Assembly (NCBI GenBank): GCA_016839605.1
Contig: JAEOTX010000044.1
Span: 31,854 to 95,853, forward strand
Origin: Candidatus Thorarchaeota archaeon
Lineage (GTDB): Archaea > Asgardarchaeota > Thorarchaeia > Thorarchaeales > Thorarchaeaceae
Direction: 5' to 3'
DNA: 64,000 nucleotides
The translations under genes were made by a program, and so were the position numbers. A model generated the notes under the pieces. It had not been told where the DNA came from. It did no database searches and saw only the letters and a program-made list of their open reading frames with translations. Each line of letters begins with the position of its first letter. The stretch's first letter is position 1. Positions 7,970 through 18,139 of this stretch are shown here, piece by piece.

Positions 7970-10192
7970 GTGAGAAAAGTGGTCAAGGTAAAGGACCCAA
8001 CTGAAATCAAGAAACTGATCATGTCCGATGATTATGAGCACAAGCGCATCATCAGTATCAGCGCGCACATAGATCACGGCAAGACAACTACCACCGACTA
8101 CCTGTTGAGACGTGCAGGACTTATGAGCGATGCTGCAGCTGGTCAGGCTCTGATGACTGACAGTGATGATGAGGAACAGGAGCGAGGTATTACTATCTTC
8201 ACCTCAGTTGTTATGCTCAACTTCGAGGTAGATGGTGAAGAGTACCTAGTTCAGCTATCAGACACTCCTGGACACCTTTCGTTCACAGGGGAAGTATCAC
8301 GCGCATTGAGAGCTAGCGATGGTGCAGTTATTCTCGTTGATGCACTCGAAGGAGTCATGACGCAGACTGAGACCAATATCAGACTAGCAGTGGGTGGTGA
8401 AGCCTGCAAACCAGTCCTCTTCATCAATAAGGTTGACCGTCTCATCAACGAGCTAAAGCTCCCACCTAAGAAGGTCTACGAGCGGATTGACATCATTGTC
8501 GCAAAGGTCAACGCACTGATCAAGAAAGTAGCTCCAAAGGAATATGCGAAAGAATGGAGAGTGGCTTTTGAAGATGGGAGTGTTGCTATTGGCAGTGCAA
8601 AGACCGGCTGGGCTTTTACTATGAAGACCCTAAAGAAGAAGGAAATTCAGCCCATCGTTGTATTTGAGAAGTATAACGAAGGTGACGAGGTCTGGCTCAG
8701 GGAAAATCTGCCATTGGATGATGCTCTATTAGAGATGATCGTACATCATCTCCCGAACCCCAAGGATGCCCAGAAGTATAAGATTCCTCGAATCTGGAAG
8801 GGTGACCTTGATACTCCAGAAGGCAAGTCACTATTAGCTTGTGACCGCGATGGCCCGCTGCTTGGGATGATCACTAAGATATTCGTTGATCCAAAGAGCA
8901 AGAGACCTACACTGATTGGGAGAGTATTCTCAGGGACAGTGAAGTCTGGGCAGTCAATTCGTCTGGTCAACATGAAGCAGAATGTTACCGTCAAGCGACT
9001 CGGTGTCCAGGAGATTACCGACCTTCTCCCCATGGATGAGGTCCCTGCAGGCAACCTGTTCTCAGTGTTTGGTTTCATGTGTCCTTCAGGTGAGTCCTTT
9101 GTTCAAGTAGACTCAGGAATGCCTGGCTTCGAAGCTATTGAATATGTCAGTGAGCCTGTCGTAAGCAGAAGCATCAAGCCTGTCGACCCCCAGGATATAG
9201 CAAAGCTGGGAGAAGTTGTGTCAAAATGGATTATGGCGGACCCAACTGCCAGATTCACTCACGACAAAGAATCCGGAGAGTACCGGCTTGATGGAATTGA
9301 CCCTCTTCAGATTGAGATTCTGACAAAACGCATCCACGAACAGGTGAAGATCATTATCTCGGAGCCTATCATTGTCTATCGTGAGAAAATCACTGAACGC
9401 GGCTCGGAGTTCCACACAAAGTCTCCAAACGGTCACAATCGGATAAGACTATACATGGAGCCTTTGGATGAGAAGGCTGTTGAGCTCATCAAGAAACAGA
9501 GGATCAAAAAGGACCAGAATGCACGTGAGCGTGCAGCAATCCTTCGTGATGAGGCAGGATGGGATGCAAAAGAAGCACGTAAGATTCTAGATATCTACGA
9601 GTCAAGCATGCTTGTTGATGCCATGAGTGGAGTTCAGAGATTCGATAGGATCTACTCATACCTCGAAACAACTTTCCGTGAGTTCATTGATCAGGGACCG
9701 ATTGCAAAAGAGCCTATTATGGGAGTGAAAGTTATCCTGACAGATGCCACTGTGCACAACGATCCTGCACACACTGGATACAACGAGGTTGCGACAATGA
9801 CTAGTTCTGGTCTCAACATGAGCTTCCTAACAGGCGCGGCAGGTCTGTACGAGCCAATTCTGAATGCTGACATCAAGACTCCAACTGATACACAGGGTGG
9901 CATCATCAAGGTCCTCACAGGCCATCGAGGTCAGATTGTCACTATTGAAGCTGAAGAAGATACAGTTACGATCAGAGGAACATTACCAACAGCAGAAACA
10001 ATTGGCATAGCTGATGAGTTTCGCAGTGCTGCCGCTGGCAGAAGCTTCTTTGGTTATGAGTTTCGAGGATTTGAGCCAGTTCCTGGAAGTATGCAAGAAG
10101 AGAAGATCCTAGAGATTCGAGCAAGGAAAGGAATGCCAGAGGAGATGCCATCCACGAGTTCTTGGAGTCGCTGGGTGTACAAACGGACTTAA
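7970..10192 (+). CDS. elongation factor 2 family GTPase (divergent aEF-2, possibly an EF-2 paralogue)
   Basis: 740 aa with AHIDHGKTT (G1), DTPGH (G3) and NKVDR (G4) plus a five-domain length. The domain IV loop reads HNDPAHTGYNE rather than the usual H-x-D-x-x-HRGPAQ. GTG start. Confidence 0.9.
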   Translation: MRKVVKVKDPTEIKKLIMSDDYEHKRIISISAHIDHGKTTTTDYLLRRAGLMSDAAAGQALMTDSDDEEQERGITIFTSVVMLNFEVDGEEYLVQLSDTPGHLSFTGEVSRALRASDGAVILVDALEGVMTQTETNIRLAVGGEACKPVLFINKVDRLINELKLPPKKVYERIDIIVAKVNALIKKVAPKEYAKEWRVAFEDGSVAIGSAKTGWAFTMKTLKKKEIQPIVVFEKYNEGDEVWLRENLPLDDALLEMIVHHLPNPKDAQKYKIPRIWKGDLDTPEGKSLLACDRDGPLLGMITKIFVDPKSKRPTLIGRVFSGTVKSGQSIRLVNMKQNVTVKRLGVQEITDLLPMDEVPAGNLFSVFGFMCPSGESFVQVDSGMPGFEAIEYVSEPVVSRSIKPVDPQDIAKLGEVVSKWIMADPTARFTHDKESGEYRLDGIDPLQIEILTKRIHEQVKIIISEPIIVYREKITERGSEFHTKSPNGHNRIRLYMEPLDEKAVELIKKQRIKKDQNARERAAILRDEAGWDAKEARKILDIYESSMLVDAMSGVQRFDRIYSYLETTFREFIDQGPIAKEPIMGVKVILTDATVHNDPAHTGYNEVATMTSSGLNMSFLTGAAGLYEPILNADIKTPTDTQGGIIKVLTGHRGQIVTIEAEEDTVTIRGTLPTAETIGIADEFRSAAAGRSFFGYEFRGFEPVPGSMQEEKILEIRARKGMPEEMPSTSSWSRWVYKRT

Positions 10193-10302
10193 CTCAGAAT
10201 CAATTGAGTGACGATCAGCTGGTCGTCGCTCAAGAACCCCCTTTTTCGCAGTCTGACAATTTCGATGGATATTTGTCCTGCTATGTGGCATGGCTACTTA
10301 CA

Positions 10303-11634
10303 ATGAACGAGGAAATTGTTGAAGAGCTAGAAACTCTGCTTTCATTTCAGACGATAAGTGATCCGCTGGATAAGGGAGCAAATCTGGGCTGTGCCCAGTA
10401 CATTGGTAATCGGCTAGAAGAAGCTGGATTCCTCTCAGAGATTCTGGAGTTCGAAGGATATCACACAGTTTTTGGTCGCTATGGTCAAGGTGAGTTCAAA
10501 ATCCTATTTCTTGCCCACTTTGATGTAGTACCAGTAGGAGAAGGATGGGAGTCGGACCCCTTCAAGCTTCGTGTTGATGGTGACGTTGCCTATGGCCGAG
10601 GCTCTTCTGACAATAAGGGAAACATTGTTTCTCTCCTTCTTCTAGCAGACAGACTGAAGGAGAGTGCGTATCCGTGCACAGTAATGATTGCGGCAAGTGG
10701 GGATGAGGAAATCGGCGGCCGAAATGGCGCCTTCAAGCTCAAGGAACATCTCATCAAGCAGGGCTTGTTTCCTGAGTATGCAGTCATTACTGATGGAGTT
10801 GATCAGCAGATTATTCACCGGCGACGCAACGTATTGCCAACATACATCAAGGCAAAGAAATCCATGGCAAAGCTACGAGGGAGATCTGAAACGATACGCT
10901 TCGAGACCGATGTGTTCGGTTCATCCTCACGACATTCTGCATACATGCGGCCTAGTGTGGATCGCCACGCGATGCTTGCTGCATCAAAGTATCTTGATGT
11001 GAATCCATACACAGTCGTGAAGGATGTAAGAGGATCCTTCCTGAAATCAAATGTGGTACCTGGATGGATAGAGGTTGACCTCCTCCATCCGGATGACTCG
11101 CAACCAGAGTCTGACTATGATGAGGCATTGACTGGTCTCATGAGGTCACTTCTTCCTGTTTCTCAAGCGGCTTTTCCGACAGAACACTCTGACCGTGGAA
11201 AAATCATCTCCCCAAATCTGCTCTCCCTTGAGAGTGATCTCTGGACCTTGTACTGTGATATTCGTGCTATGACAAATGATGGAGAGGCTGTGGAAAAGGC
11301 GATTAATAGAGCATTGGAGGGGCGAGTTGACCTGTTCTCACTGCGTGTGAGTCCTGGTGTTGGGTATGTCGACACAGACCCTAATTCTCGTTTGATAAGA
11401 GCAGCACGTTGGGCACTTGAGAAGGAGGGAATCCCGCACCGAGTGATAGAGGGATATGGGGCCTCCGACTCTCGCTTCTTTGCTGGTGAGGGGTGTGAAC
11501 TGTTTGACTTCGGTCCTCGAGGAGGAAACACTCACGGGCCCAATGAATGGGTATCACTATCATCGATAAAGGAGAATGCACAGTTCTACCACACGCTGAT
11601 TGATGTGCTCCTGCGGAAACCCGGTGGAATGTGA
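10303..11634 (+). CDS. M20 family metallopeptidase (ArgE/DapE/CPG2-like)
   Basis: Motifs LAHFDVVP, GRGSSDNKG and SGDEEIGG. The ATG at 10303 is preferred because the ORF-track start at 10162 overlaps the EF-2 3' end. Confidence 0.8.
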   Translation: MNEEIVEELETLLSFQTISDPLDKGANLGCAQYIGNRLEEAGFLSEILEFEGYHTVFGRYGQGEFKILFLAHFDVVPVGEGWESDPFKLRVDGDVAYGRGSSDNKGNIVSLLLLADRLKESAYPCTVMIAASGDEEIGGRNGAFKLKEHLIKQGLFPEYAVITDGVDQQIIHRRRNVLPTYIKAKKSMAKLRGRSETIRFETDVFGSSSRHSAYMRPSVDRHAMLAASKYLDVNPYTVVKDVRGSFLKSNVVPGWIEVDLLHPDDSQPESDYDEALTGLMRSLLPVSQAAFPTEHSDRGKIISPNLLSLESDLWTLYCDIRAMTNDGEAVEKAINRALEGRVDLFSLRVSPGVGYVDTDPNSRLIRAARWALEKEGIPHRVIEGYGASDSRFFAGEGCELFDFGPRGGNTHGPNEWVSLSSIKENAQFYHTLIDVLLRKPGGM

Positions 11635-11667
11635 CTCCTATATTGGAGTCATTTCCTCATCTTGGTG

Positions 11668-14600
11668 TTACGATTCACTTAGAGATATCACTACAACGAG
11701 TTTTTCTTCACCAAAGGTATATTCTTCCTTGAAATCTCCTGTGGGCTTCTTTGTTTGCTTCAAGCTGACTGCCAACGTTTCTTCTGTGATGTATGCTTGA
11801 TGAAACTCAACAGCCTCAGCTACTCGCCTGCTTGAGGAATATTGAACTTCTATCCTGTCGCTAACGTTTAGATCGGCTGACTTACGTACATCTTGAACTC
11901 TTCTAACGAATTCACGTGCTAATCCTTCTAGCCTAAGCTCATGTGTTATTTCAGTGGTCAAGGCAGCCAGATACCCTCCCTCTGAAGCTGTCGAAAAGCC
12001 CTCCTTGGCTTCAACAATCACCTCGACTTCATCAGGCAGTATATCGAACTTCTCACCGTTCACCTTTACTTCTACAGATTTGCCATCCTGAAGTTGAGTT
12101 GAAGCTTCACGTGGATCTAGACTCAGTATCGCGTTTCTAAGTACAGGGAACTTGGCACCGTATTTTTGACCGAGTTGCTTAGGCAGTGGTTTGAGCTGAT
12201 AGCTTACTACTTCTGCAGCAACATCCAGTAGTCGTACATTCTTAACATTCAATTCGTCGCCAATCAACTCTGCATAGCGGTCCACAACATCTCGTTCTTT
12301 GTCTAATCCAACAGCAAATGCGATTTCAGATAGTGGTTGACGGAGCTTACGATTTGCTTTATTTCTAGCCGCATGACCCAGCGATACTAGTCGGAGCACT
12401 ATGGCCATCTCATTATTTAGCCTCTCGTCTATTGAATCACTCACAGGCCAATCACAATGATGAATGCTCTCAGGTGCTCCTGAATCGACATTTCGGGTTA
12501 GATTCTGGTGCATCACTTCCGATACAAATGGAACAAATGGTGCAAGCAATCTAGAGAGATTTACCAAGACTCGATATGATGTGTCATAGGCTGCATTCTT
12601 ATCGGCATCAACTTCGTCACTAGCACCAGCTTCAGCCCAAAAGCGGCGACGACTTCGCCGCAGATACCAATTGCTGAGGTGATCTATGAAGCGTGCTATC
12701 GAAGCAGTTGCCATATTCGGCTCATACGATTCCAAATAGTCTGTGACTTCACGATTGACTTCATTCATCCTTGAGAGTATCCAACTGTCTAACAGGCTTT
12801 GAGAGAGTTTCACATTATCTCTAGGAACCCATCCATCAATGAGAGCATATGTGACAAAGAATGAATAGACATTCCAGAGTGGAATGAGGAAATGCCGCCG
12901 TGCCTCGTCACCGAGAGAGTACCCAAAGGCAAGGTCCTTCTCAGGTCTGTGAGTACAAAAGACCCAACGCATTACATCTACCCCCATTAAGTCAGCGGCT
13001 TCGTTAAATTCAACCATATTGCCCCACGATTTGTGCATCTCTCTTCCATCCTCACCAGTCAACATGGCATAGGTGAAGACATTTCTAAATGGTGCTCTTC
13101 GTTCAAGGATTGTGCTCATTGCTAGCAGGCTATAGAACCAGTTTCTAAACTGTCCTGGAAAGCTCTCGCTGATTAGTTCTGCAGGAAACCACTTGTTCCA
13201 ATACTCTCTATCAGAGTTGTACCTCATTGTACTCAATGAAACTATCCCAGCATCTAGCCAAGGATTTCCGACATCTGGTATTCGCTTCATTCTCTGGCCG
13301 CATTCACTGCACTCAATCTCAATCTCATCAATAAACGGTCGATGAGGTGAATGACCTTCGAACACATCCCATCCAGTAAGAGCACGATTTTGCAGTTCCT
13401 CTCTGCCACCAATCACATCAAAATGCCCGCAGTTGGAACACTCCCATATGGGTAATGCAAGTCCCCAATATCGTTTCTTGGAAATCATCCAGTCATCCAT
13501 ATTTCGTAGCCAATCTAGCTCCCTCTCTTTTCCGAAGGACGGGTACCAGTTGGTTTCGTTAGTAACAACTTCCATGATTTGGTAACGTAGATTGCTTTCT
13601 TTTTGATCACCTGTGACCTCTTCATAGGGAATATCGAGTTTGGTTCCCATTGAGATGAACCACTCATCAACCAGGCGAAAGACCAATTCCTCTTGGCAAC
13701 GCCAGCATACAGGATATCTGTGAGTGTAGTCCTCTACCTTGTAAGTCAATTCTTTCTTGGTCAGATTATCAAAGATTGGTTGAGCGACCGCACTCACATT
13801 CATGCCTGACAACCAATCGAATCCGTCAATGAAGATGCCATTCTCAGTAAGCGGCGCGATCGCAACAAGATCAAGTTCTTTGGAGAGCTGGAAGTCTTCT
13901 GCTCCGCATCCAGGCGCAATATGTACAATTCCAGTACCTTCCACTTCTCCTACTTCATCCCACAGTATCACCTTGTGCTTCCCAGCTACTCCACTCTCTT
14001 TCTGAGCTGGGAGTTCGTCAAAGGGACCATGATAGACCCATCCCTCCATATCAAAGCCAACTATCTCTTCCACTACTTCGTAATCACCTTTCAGCATGTG
14101 TAGAGTTCCACGACTCAAGTAGAATGATTCTTCACCTTGACGCACTTTGACATAGGCCAGTTCTGGGCCGACTGCTGCAGCAACATTGCTGCTTAGAGTC
14201 CAGGGCGTTGTTGTCCATACAAGAAGACTCTCTCCAGGACGATCGACAAGTGGAAATCTCAACGTGATGCTTGGATGGGTTAGCTCCCGGTAGCCCTCAG
14301 TAACTATCTCATGTTGACTGATGGCTGTTCCACAACGAGCACACCACGGCATAACATCTCGACCTTTGTTTACCCACCCTCTATCATGACATGACTTCAG
14401 CATAGACCAGATAGTATAGTTATTCTCATCAGAAAATGTGAAGTATGATCCGCCGACCTCTGGTGTACCTAGTCTACCAACGAGCTGCTCAGCAGATCCT
14501 GTAACTGGGCCATCTACACCATCGATTGTCATTATTGCTAAAGGGTCATTGCCCAGAGCATCGTGCAATTTCTGAAGATTCTCTAAATTATCCCATTCCA

Positions 14601-15039
14601 TCCAGTAACCCAGGCGTATACTCTGCTTTGTCTGAACTGCAGCATATTGCAGAACACGTTGTTTACATAATATGATGAATTTCTCAAGTCCGTATTCCTC
14701 TATGTCTGGCTTGCCCTTGAAACCCATGTCTCGCTCAACGTTGACCTCGACCCAGAGGCCTTGGCAGTCAAAGCCATTCTGATAGCGCGTCTGATATCCC
14801 TGCATGGCCTTGAAACGATGATACAGATCTTTGTACGTTCGTCCCCACCCATGATGAACTCCCATAGGATTGTTGGCAGTGATGGGACCATCAAGAAAAG
14901 ACCATATCGGTCCTTTTGCCCTGAGTCTTCTCAGCTTATCAAATATCTGCTCATCCTCCCAAAACTTGAGCATATCTTTCTCCTGAGCAACGAAATCAAC
15001 TTGACTAGGTACTGGTTTGAACACTTCCATCACCCACAT
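11668..15039 (-). CDS. ileS: isoleucine--tRNA ligase
   Basis: 1123 aa with class I signatures: a HIGH-region variant (NPMGVHHGW), a KMSKS-type loop (EMHKSWGN), a CP1 editing-domain-length insertion and a zinc-binding CWRC motif. Confidence 0.95.
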   Translation of the reverse strand: MWVMEVFKPVPSQVDFVAQEKDMLKFWEDEQIFDKLRRLRAKGPIWSFLDGPITANNPMGVHHGWGRTYKDLYHRFKAMQGYQTRYQNGFDCQGLWVEVNVERDMGFKGKPDIEEYGLEKFIILCKQRVLQYAAVQTKQSIRLGYWMEWDNLENLQKLHDALGNDPLAIMTIDGVDGPVTGSAEQLVGRLGTPEVGGSYFTFSDENNYTIWSMLKSCHDRGWVNKGRDVMPWCARCGTAISQHEIVTEGYRELTHPSITLRFPLVDRPGESLLVWTTTPWTLSSNVAAAVGPELAYVKVRQGEESFYLSRGTLHMLKGDYEVVEEIVGFDMEGWVYHGPFDELPAQKESGVAGKHKVILWDEVGEVEGTGIVHIAPGCGAEDFQLSKELDLVAIAPLTENGIFIDGFDWLSGMNVSAVAQPIFDNLTKKELTYKVEDYTHRYPVCWRCQEELVFRLVDEWFISMGTKLDIPYEEVTGDQKESNLRYQIMEVVTNETNWYPSFGKERELDWLRNMDDWMISKKRYWGLALPIWECSNCGHFDVIGGREELQNRALTGWDVFEGHSPHRPFIDEIEIECSECGQRMKRIPDVGNPWLDAGIVSLSTMRYNSDREYWNKWFPAELISESFPGQFRNWFYSLLAMSTILERRAPFRNVFTYAMLTGEDGREMHKSWGNMVEFNEAADLMGVDVMRWVFCTHRPEKDLAFGYSLGDEARRHFLIPLWNVYSFFVTYALIDGWVPRDNVKLSQSLLDSWILSRMNEVNREVTDYLESYEPNMATASIARFIDHLSNWYLRRSRRRFWAEAGASDEVDADKNAAYDTSYRVLVNLSRLLAPFVPFVSEVMHQNLTRNVDSGAPESIHHCDWPVSDSIDERLNNEMAIVLRLVSLGHAARNKANRKLRQPLSEIAFAVGLDKERDVVDRYAELIGDELNVKNVRLLDVAAEVVSYQLKPLPKQLGQKYGAKFPVLRNAILSLDPREASTQLQDGKSVEVKVNGEKFDILPDEVEVIVEAKEGFSTASEGGYLAALTTEITHELRLEGLAREFVRRVQDVRKSADLNVSDRIEVQYSSSRRVAEAVEFHQAYITEETLAVSLKQTKKPTGDFKEEYTFGEEKLVVVISLSES

Positions 15040-15330
15040 TGGTATAGATAATCTCTGCAGCTCTCAAGTGCAGCACTGTTTTGAATATACTTGAAAAATC
15101 GAACAGGTTTGTAATCTGAGAATGGACTACAATGATTTTCACATGAACTAGTGAATTTGGCAATCCATCCTTTTCCACCTATTGTACTCTTTTCAGCATC
15201 TGACTCCGTTAAAAAGCTTAGGCTAATATGACTTGACCCTTCATTGAGTTCACTTGAAACGACCAAGACTTAATTGTCACCTACGAAGAAAGGGTTGCTG
15301 TAATCATGAACCTGAAGGTGAATTGAGGAA

Positions 15331-15999
15331 ATGAGTTCTCTTGAGGACAGACCATTAGACAAACTAGCAGACACCATTCTGAATGTCCTGTGGCAAGACC
15401 TTCTTGAGGTCTGGGGTATCATTCGAAAGAAGATGGACACAGAGGGAGAAGAGGCCGTTCGAAAGGCGTTCGAAGATGCTACCGGTCGATTCCTTCAGGG
15501 ACCCTTTGCGGATCATTTGGAAGTCCGTTGGGGAATGGATCTTTGCGTTCATTGCAACGACAACAACATTGAGAAGAATGGTATTGCCTACGTGAAACCA
15601 ACTGGAGATGGTCTCGAGTTCAATCAGTGCCTGAACTGCCAAGTCGGGATTCTCTATGACCTCGAGTCAGCAAAGGCGAAAATGGACAGCTACAATATCG
15701 CACTCGGAAAACCTGGGCAATTCAATGGTATGTCTTTCTACTGGAATGGGATTGTGCCAGACGCGTTGAAGAAATTCCAACCCTCGTACGAAGTCATCCA
15801 CAATGGACAATGGCTTGGTACAGTGTCCTTTGACAAATCTCTTACTCCCAAATTTCTCTCTTTTGACGTGATGACTGAGACTACCGCTCGCGATGCTGAA
15901 GAGCCATGGACTGCAGAGATTCCTGCTGACTTGAGAGCCGCCATCGATGCATTTCTCGAAGCAGCTCGTCATCAAGTCGAGGTTGCTCTTATCCTCTGA
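15331..15999 (+). CDS. hypothetical protein with a putative zinc ribbon
   Basis: 222-aa ORF with paired CxxC motifs (CVHCNDNN ... CLNCQ). No other recognised motifs. Confidence 0.55.
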   Translation: MSSLEDRPLDKLADTILNVLWQDLLEVWGIIRKKMDTEGEEAVRKAFEDATGRFLQGPFADHLEVRWGMDLCVHCNDNNIEKNGIAYVKPTGDGLEFNQCLNCQVGILYDLESAKAKMDSYNIALGKPGQFNGMSFYWNGIVPDALKKFQPSYEVIHNGQWLGTVSFDKSLTPKFLSFDVMTETTARDAEEPWTAEIPADLRAAIDAFLEAARHQVEVALIL

Positions 16000-16008
16000 A
16001 CTGAGTAC

Positions 16009-16323
16009 TTGGTGGTGCTTTTGCCAGAAAAGCTAGTTCGAGATAGGATTCCTGAGATCATCAGACAAGATGGTGGGGAACCACGAGTTCGTGTTGTATC
16101 TGGAACTGAACTTGACAAGCTCATCAGATTGAAAATAGTTGAAGAAGCCCAAGAACTGTTGACTTCAGGGGAAGATGAAGAAATCGCAGATATTCTTGAA
16201 GCATTGGAGGCTCTCCTAGTTCACCGTTCTATTGATCGAGCAGCAATAGACGACGCACGGCTGAGGAAACGTGAGGAAAGAGGCGGTTTTGAGAAGGGGT
16301 TCGTTCTGGAAACGTCAGAATGA
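16009..16323 (+). CDS. MazG/PRA-PH-like nucleoside triphosphate pyrophosphohydrolase
   Basis: 104 aa. KLVRDRIPEII followed by the acidic helix EEAQELL...EEIADILEALEALL is typical of small all-alpha NTP pyrophosphohydrolases. Confidence 0.65.
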   Translation: MVVLLPEKLVRDRIPEIIRQDGGEPRVRVVSGTELDKLIRLKIVEEAQELLTSGEDEEIADILEALEALLVHRSIDRAAIDDARLRKREERGGFEKGFVLETSE

Positions 16324-16446
16324 CATACCCCTTTTCATACTCGGAAGTTTCGGACAAAGGTTATATTGCAAGAATCTCGCAGCCAGCTCTAGAATACCAC
16401 CCTGTTTAGTGGTGGTTCCATATGGTGATTATGGAGAGGAAGAATT

Positions 16447-18105
16447 TTGGCAACTGATGATGTTAAACCTGTACCAGAGAAGCCAGTACCAGAGCAGCCG
16501 ATTACTCATGAGCAATCCGGAGGCTATGACCGATTCAAAGTAGAGAAGTACCCTCCGAGAGATCTGCCCTATACAACTCAGTCGATATGTCCCGACCATC
16601 TCTTAGACAATGACGAGGTCCATGTGATTGATGCGACCCTCTATGAGGAAGATGGCAAAGTGATGTACAAGAAGACATGCGAAACTCATGGTGAGTTCAT
16701 TGATGTTTACTGGGGTGACGCTGAGATGTTTAAGAAGGCCTCGAACTGGTGGTACAAATCCGTAGGTCTAGATAACCCCCGAACTGAGACCGTTAAGGGC
16801 TGTCCTGAGGATTGTGGACAGTGTCCAGAGCACAAGTCCCACACTGCTCTAGCACTACTTGATGTTACTAACCGCTGCAACCTACGCTGTCCGATATGCT
16901 TTGCAGTCGCAGCTGAAGGTGGCAATGTATTTGAGCCTGAACCAGAGGAGGTACTTGAGATGTTGAAGAACCTCCGCCGAAATGAACCTGTTCCAGCACC
17001 AGCGATCCAGTTTGCTGGTGGAGAGCCCACTGTGACCAAACATCTTCCGCAGTACATCAAGTGGGCCAAGGAGGTCGGCTTCAGGCATGTGCAGATTGCA
17101 AGCAACGCCATCCGAATTGGCAAGAGCAAGGAGTACCTACAGGAGCTATGTGACGCAGGACTGTCAACCATATACATGCAGTTTGATGGAGTGACCCCTG
17201 AACCCTATATTGCAGCCAGGAACACTAACCTTCTTCCTGTAAAGTTGCAAGCAATTCAAAACGCACGAGAAGTCGGAATGGAGTCACTCGTACTAGTGCC
17301 CACAGTAGTACGCGGAGTGAATGATGACCAAGTTGGCAAGATTGTGGAGTTTGCAGTGGAGAACAATGATGTTATTCGCTGTGTCAACTTCCAGCCAGTC
17401 AGCATCACAGGTCGAATTGACTACGAAGCAAGGAAGGAGATGCGAATCACAATTCCTGATGTCATCCATCTGATTGAAGAACAGACAGGTGGAAAGATTC
17501 CAGCAACTGAGTGGTTCCCGGTCCCAGCAATGATGCCTGTAGGCCGTGCGCTTGGTCTGATGAAGGATAATCCCCAATTGGAGCTCAGCACTCACTTTGC
17601 ATGTGGAATGTCTACTTTCATCTGGATCAACGATGATGGTGACTACGAGCCAATCACAAATCTGATTGAAGTCGGTAAGTTCATCGAGCTACTAGAGGAC
17701 ATCTCAAATCTCTACGCCGAGCAAAAGAGAGGTGCTGGTGCTCGTGCTAAAGCAAAACTTGCGGCTGGTGCACGTCACATCAAAAGGAAAGGAATCCTCA
17801 AAGATCTTCTTAGCGCATTCTTGAACCGCGGAGACTACGAATCTCTCGCCAAGTTCATGCGACGCGTCATTATGATTGGAATGATGCACTTCCAAGATCC
17901 CTTCAATTTTGACTTGGAACGCGTTCAGCACTGTGATGTGAACTATGCAGTTCCTGACGGAAGAATAATCCCATTCTGCACCATGAACACAATACACAGG
18001 TCAAGGGTCGAGGATAAATTCTCTATGCCTGTCAAGGATTGGCGCGCAAAGCACAAGCCAACTCAGGTCGAAGAGGACAGTATCTCAAAGCCTTTCGAGG
18101 CATAG
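16447..18105 (+). CDS. radical SAM protein, COG1964 type (Tes / GDGT-MAS-like tetraether lipid synthase candidate)
   Basis: 552 aa with the radical SAM motif CNLRCPICFA preceded by CPEDCGQCPEH, and further conserved Cys in the C-terminal part. TTG start. The Tes assignment is from remembered family features only. Confidence 0.7.
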   Translation: MATDDVKPVPEKPVPEQPITHEQSGGYDRFKVEKYPPRDLPYTTQSICPDHLLDNDEVHVIDATLYEEDGKVMYKKTCETHGEFIDVYWGDAEMFKKASNWWYKSVGLDNPRTETVKGCPEDCGQCPEHKSHTALALLDVTNRCNLRCPICFAVAAEGGNVFEPEPEEVLEMLKNLRRNEPVPAPAIQFAGGEPTVTKHLPQYIKWAKEVGFRHVQIASNAIRIGKSKEYLQELCDAGLSTIYMQFDGVTPEPYIAARNTNLLPVKLQAIQNAREVGMESLVLVPTVVRGVNDDQVGKIVEFAVENNDVIRCVNFQPVSITGRIDYEARKEMRITIPDVIHLIEEQTGGKIPATEWFPVPAMMPVGRALGLMKDNPQLELSTHFACGMSTFIWINDDGDYEPITNLIEVGKFIELLEDISNLYAEQKRGAGARAKAKLAAGARHIKRKGILKDLLSAFLNRGDYESLAKFMRRVIMIGMMHFQDPFNFDLERVQHCDVNYAVPDGRIIPFCTMNTIHRSRVEDKFSMPVKDWRAKHKPTQVEEDSISKPFEA

Positions 18106-18113
18106 TCCCCCTA

Positions 18114-18139
18114 GGATGAAGGAGCTCTGCTCCTCATCC
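18114..18139 (+). terminator. hairpin downstream of the radical SAM gene
   Basis: GGATGAAGGAGC-TCT-GCTCCTCATCC (one bulge), starting 9 nt after the stop and followed by CTCTCTTTCTC. Confidence 0.35.

Noticed and set aside
10162-10302. Extended start of the M20 peptidase ORF, overlapping the EF-2 3' end by 31 nt.
   Set aside because: The added 47 residues have no similarity to the M20 N-terminus as I know it. The internal ATG at 10303 gives a typical N-terminus (MNEEIVEELETLLSFQTIS), so the shorter model is preferred.
11668-15039. Possible intein or large insertion in the long IleRS (1123 aa) or in PolB.
   Set aside because: No intein splice-junction blocks were seen (no Cys/Ser-start … HN-Cys/Ser/Thr end, and no LAGLIDADG motifs). 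The lengths are within the range explained by normal C-terminal extensions.
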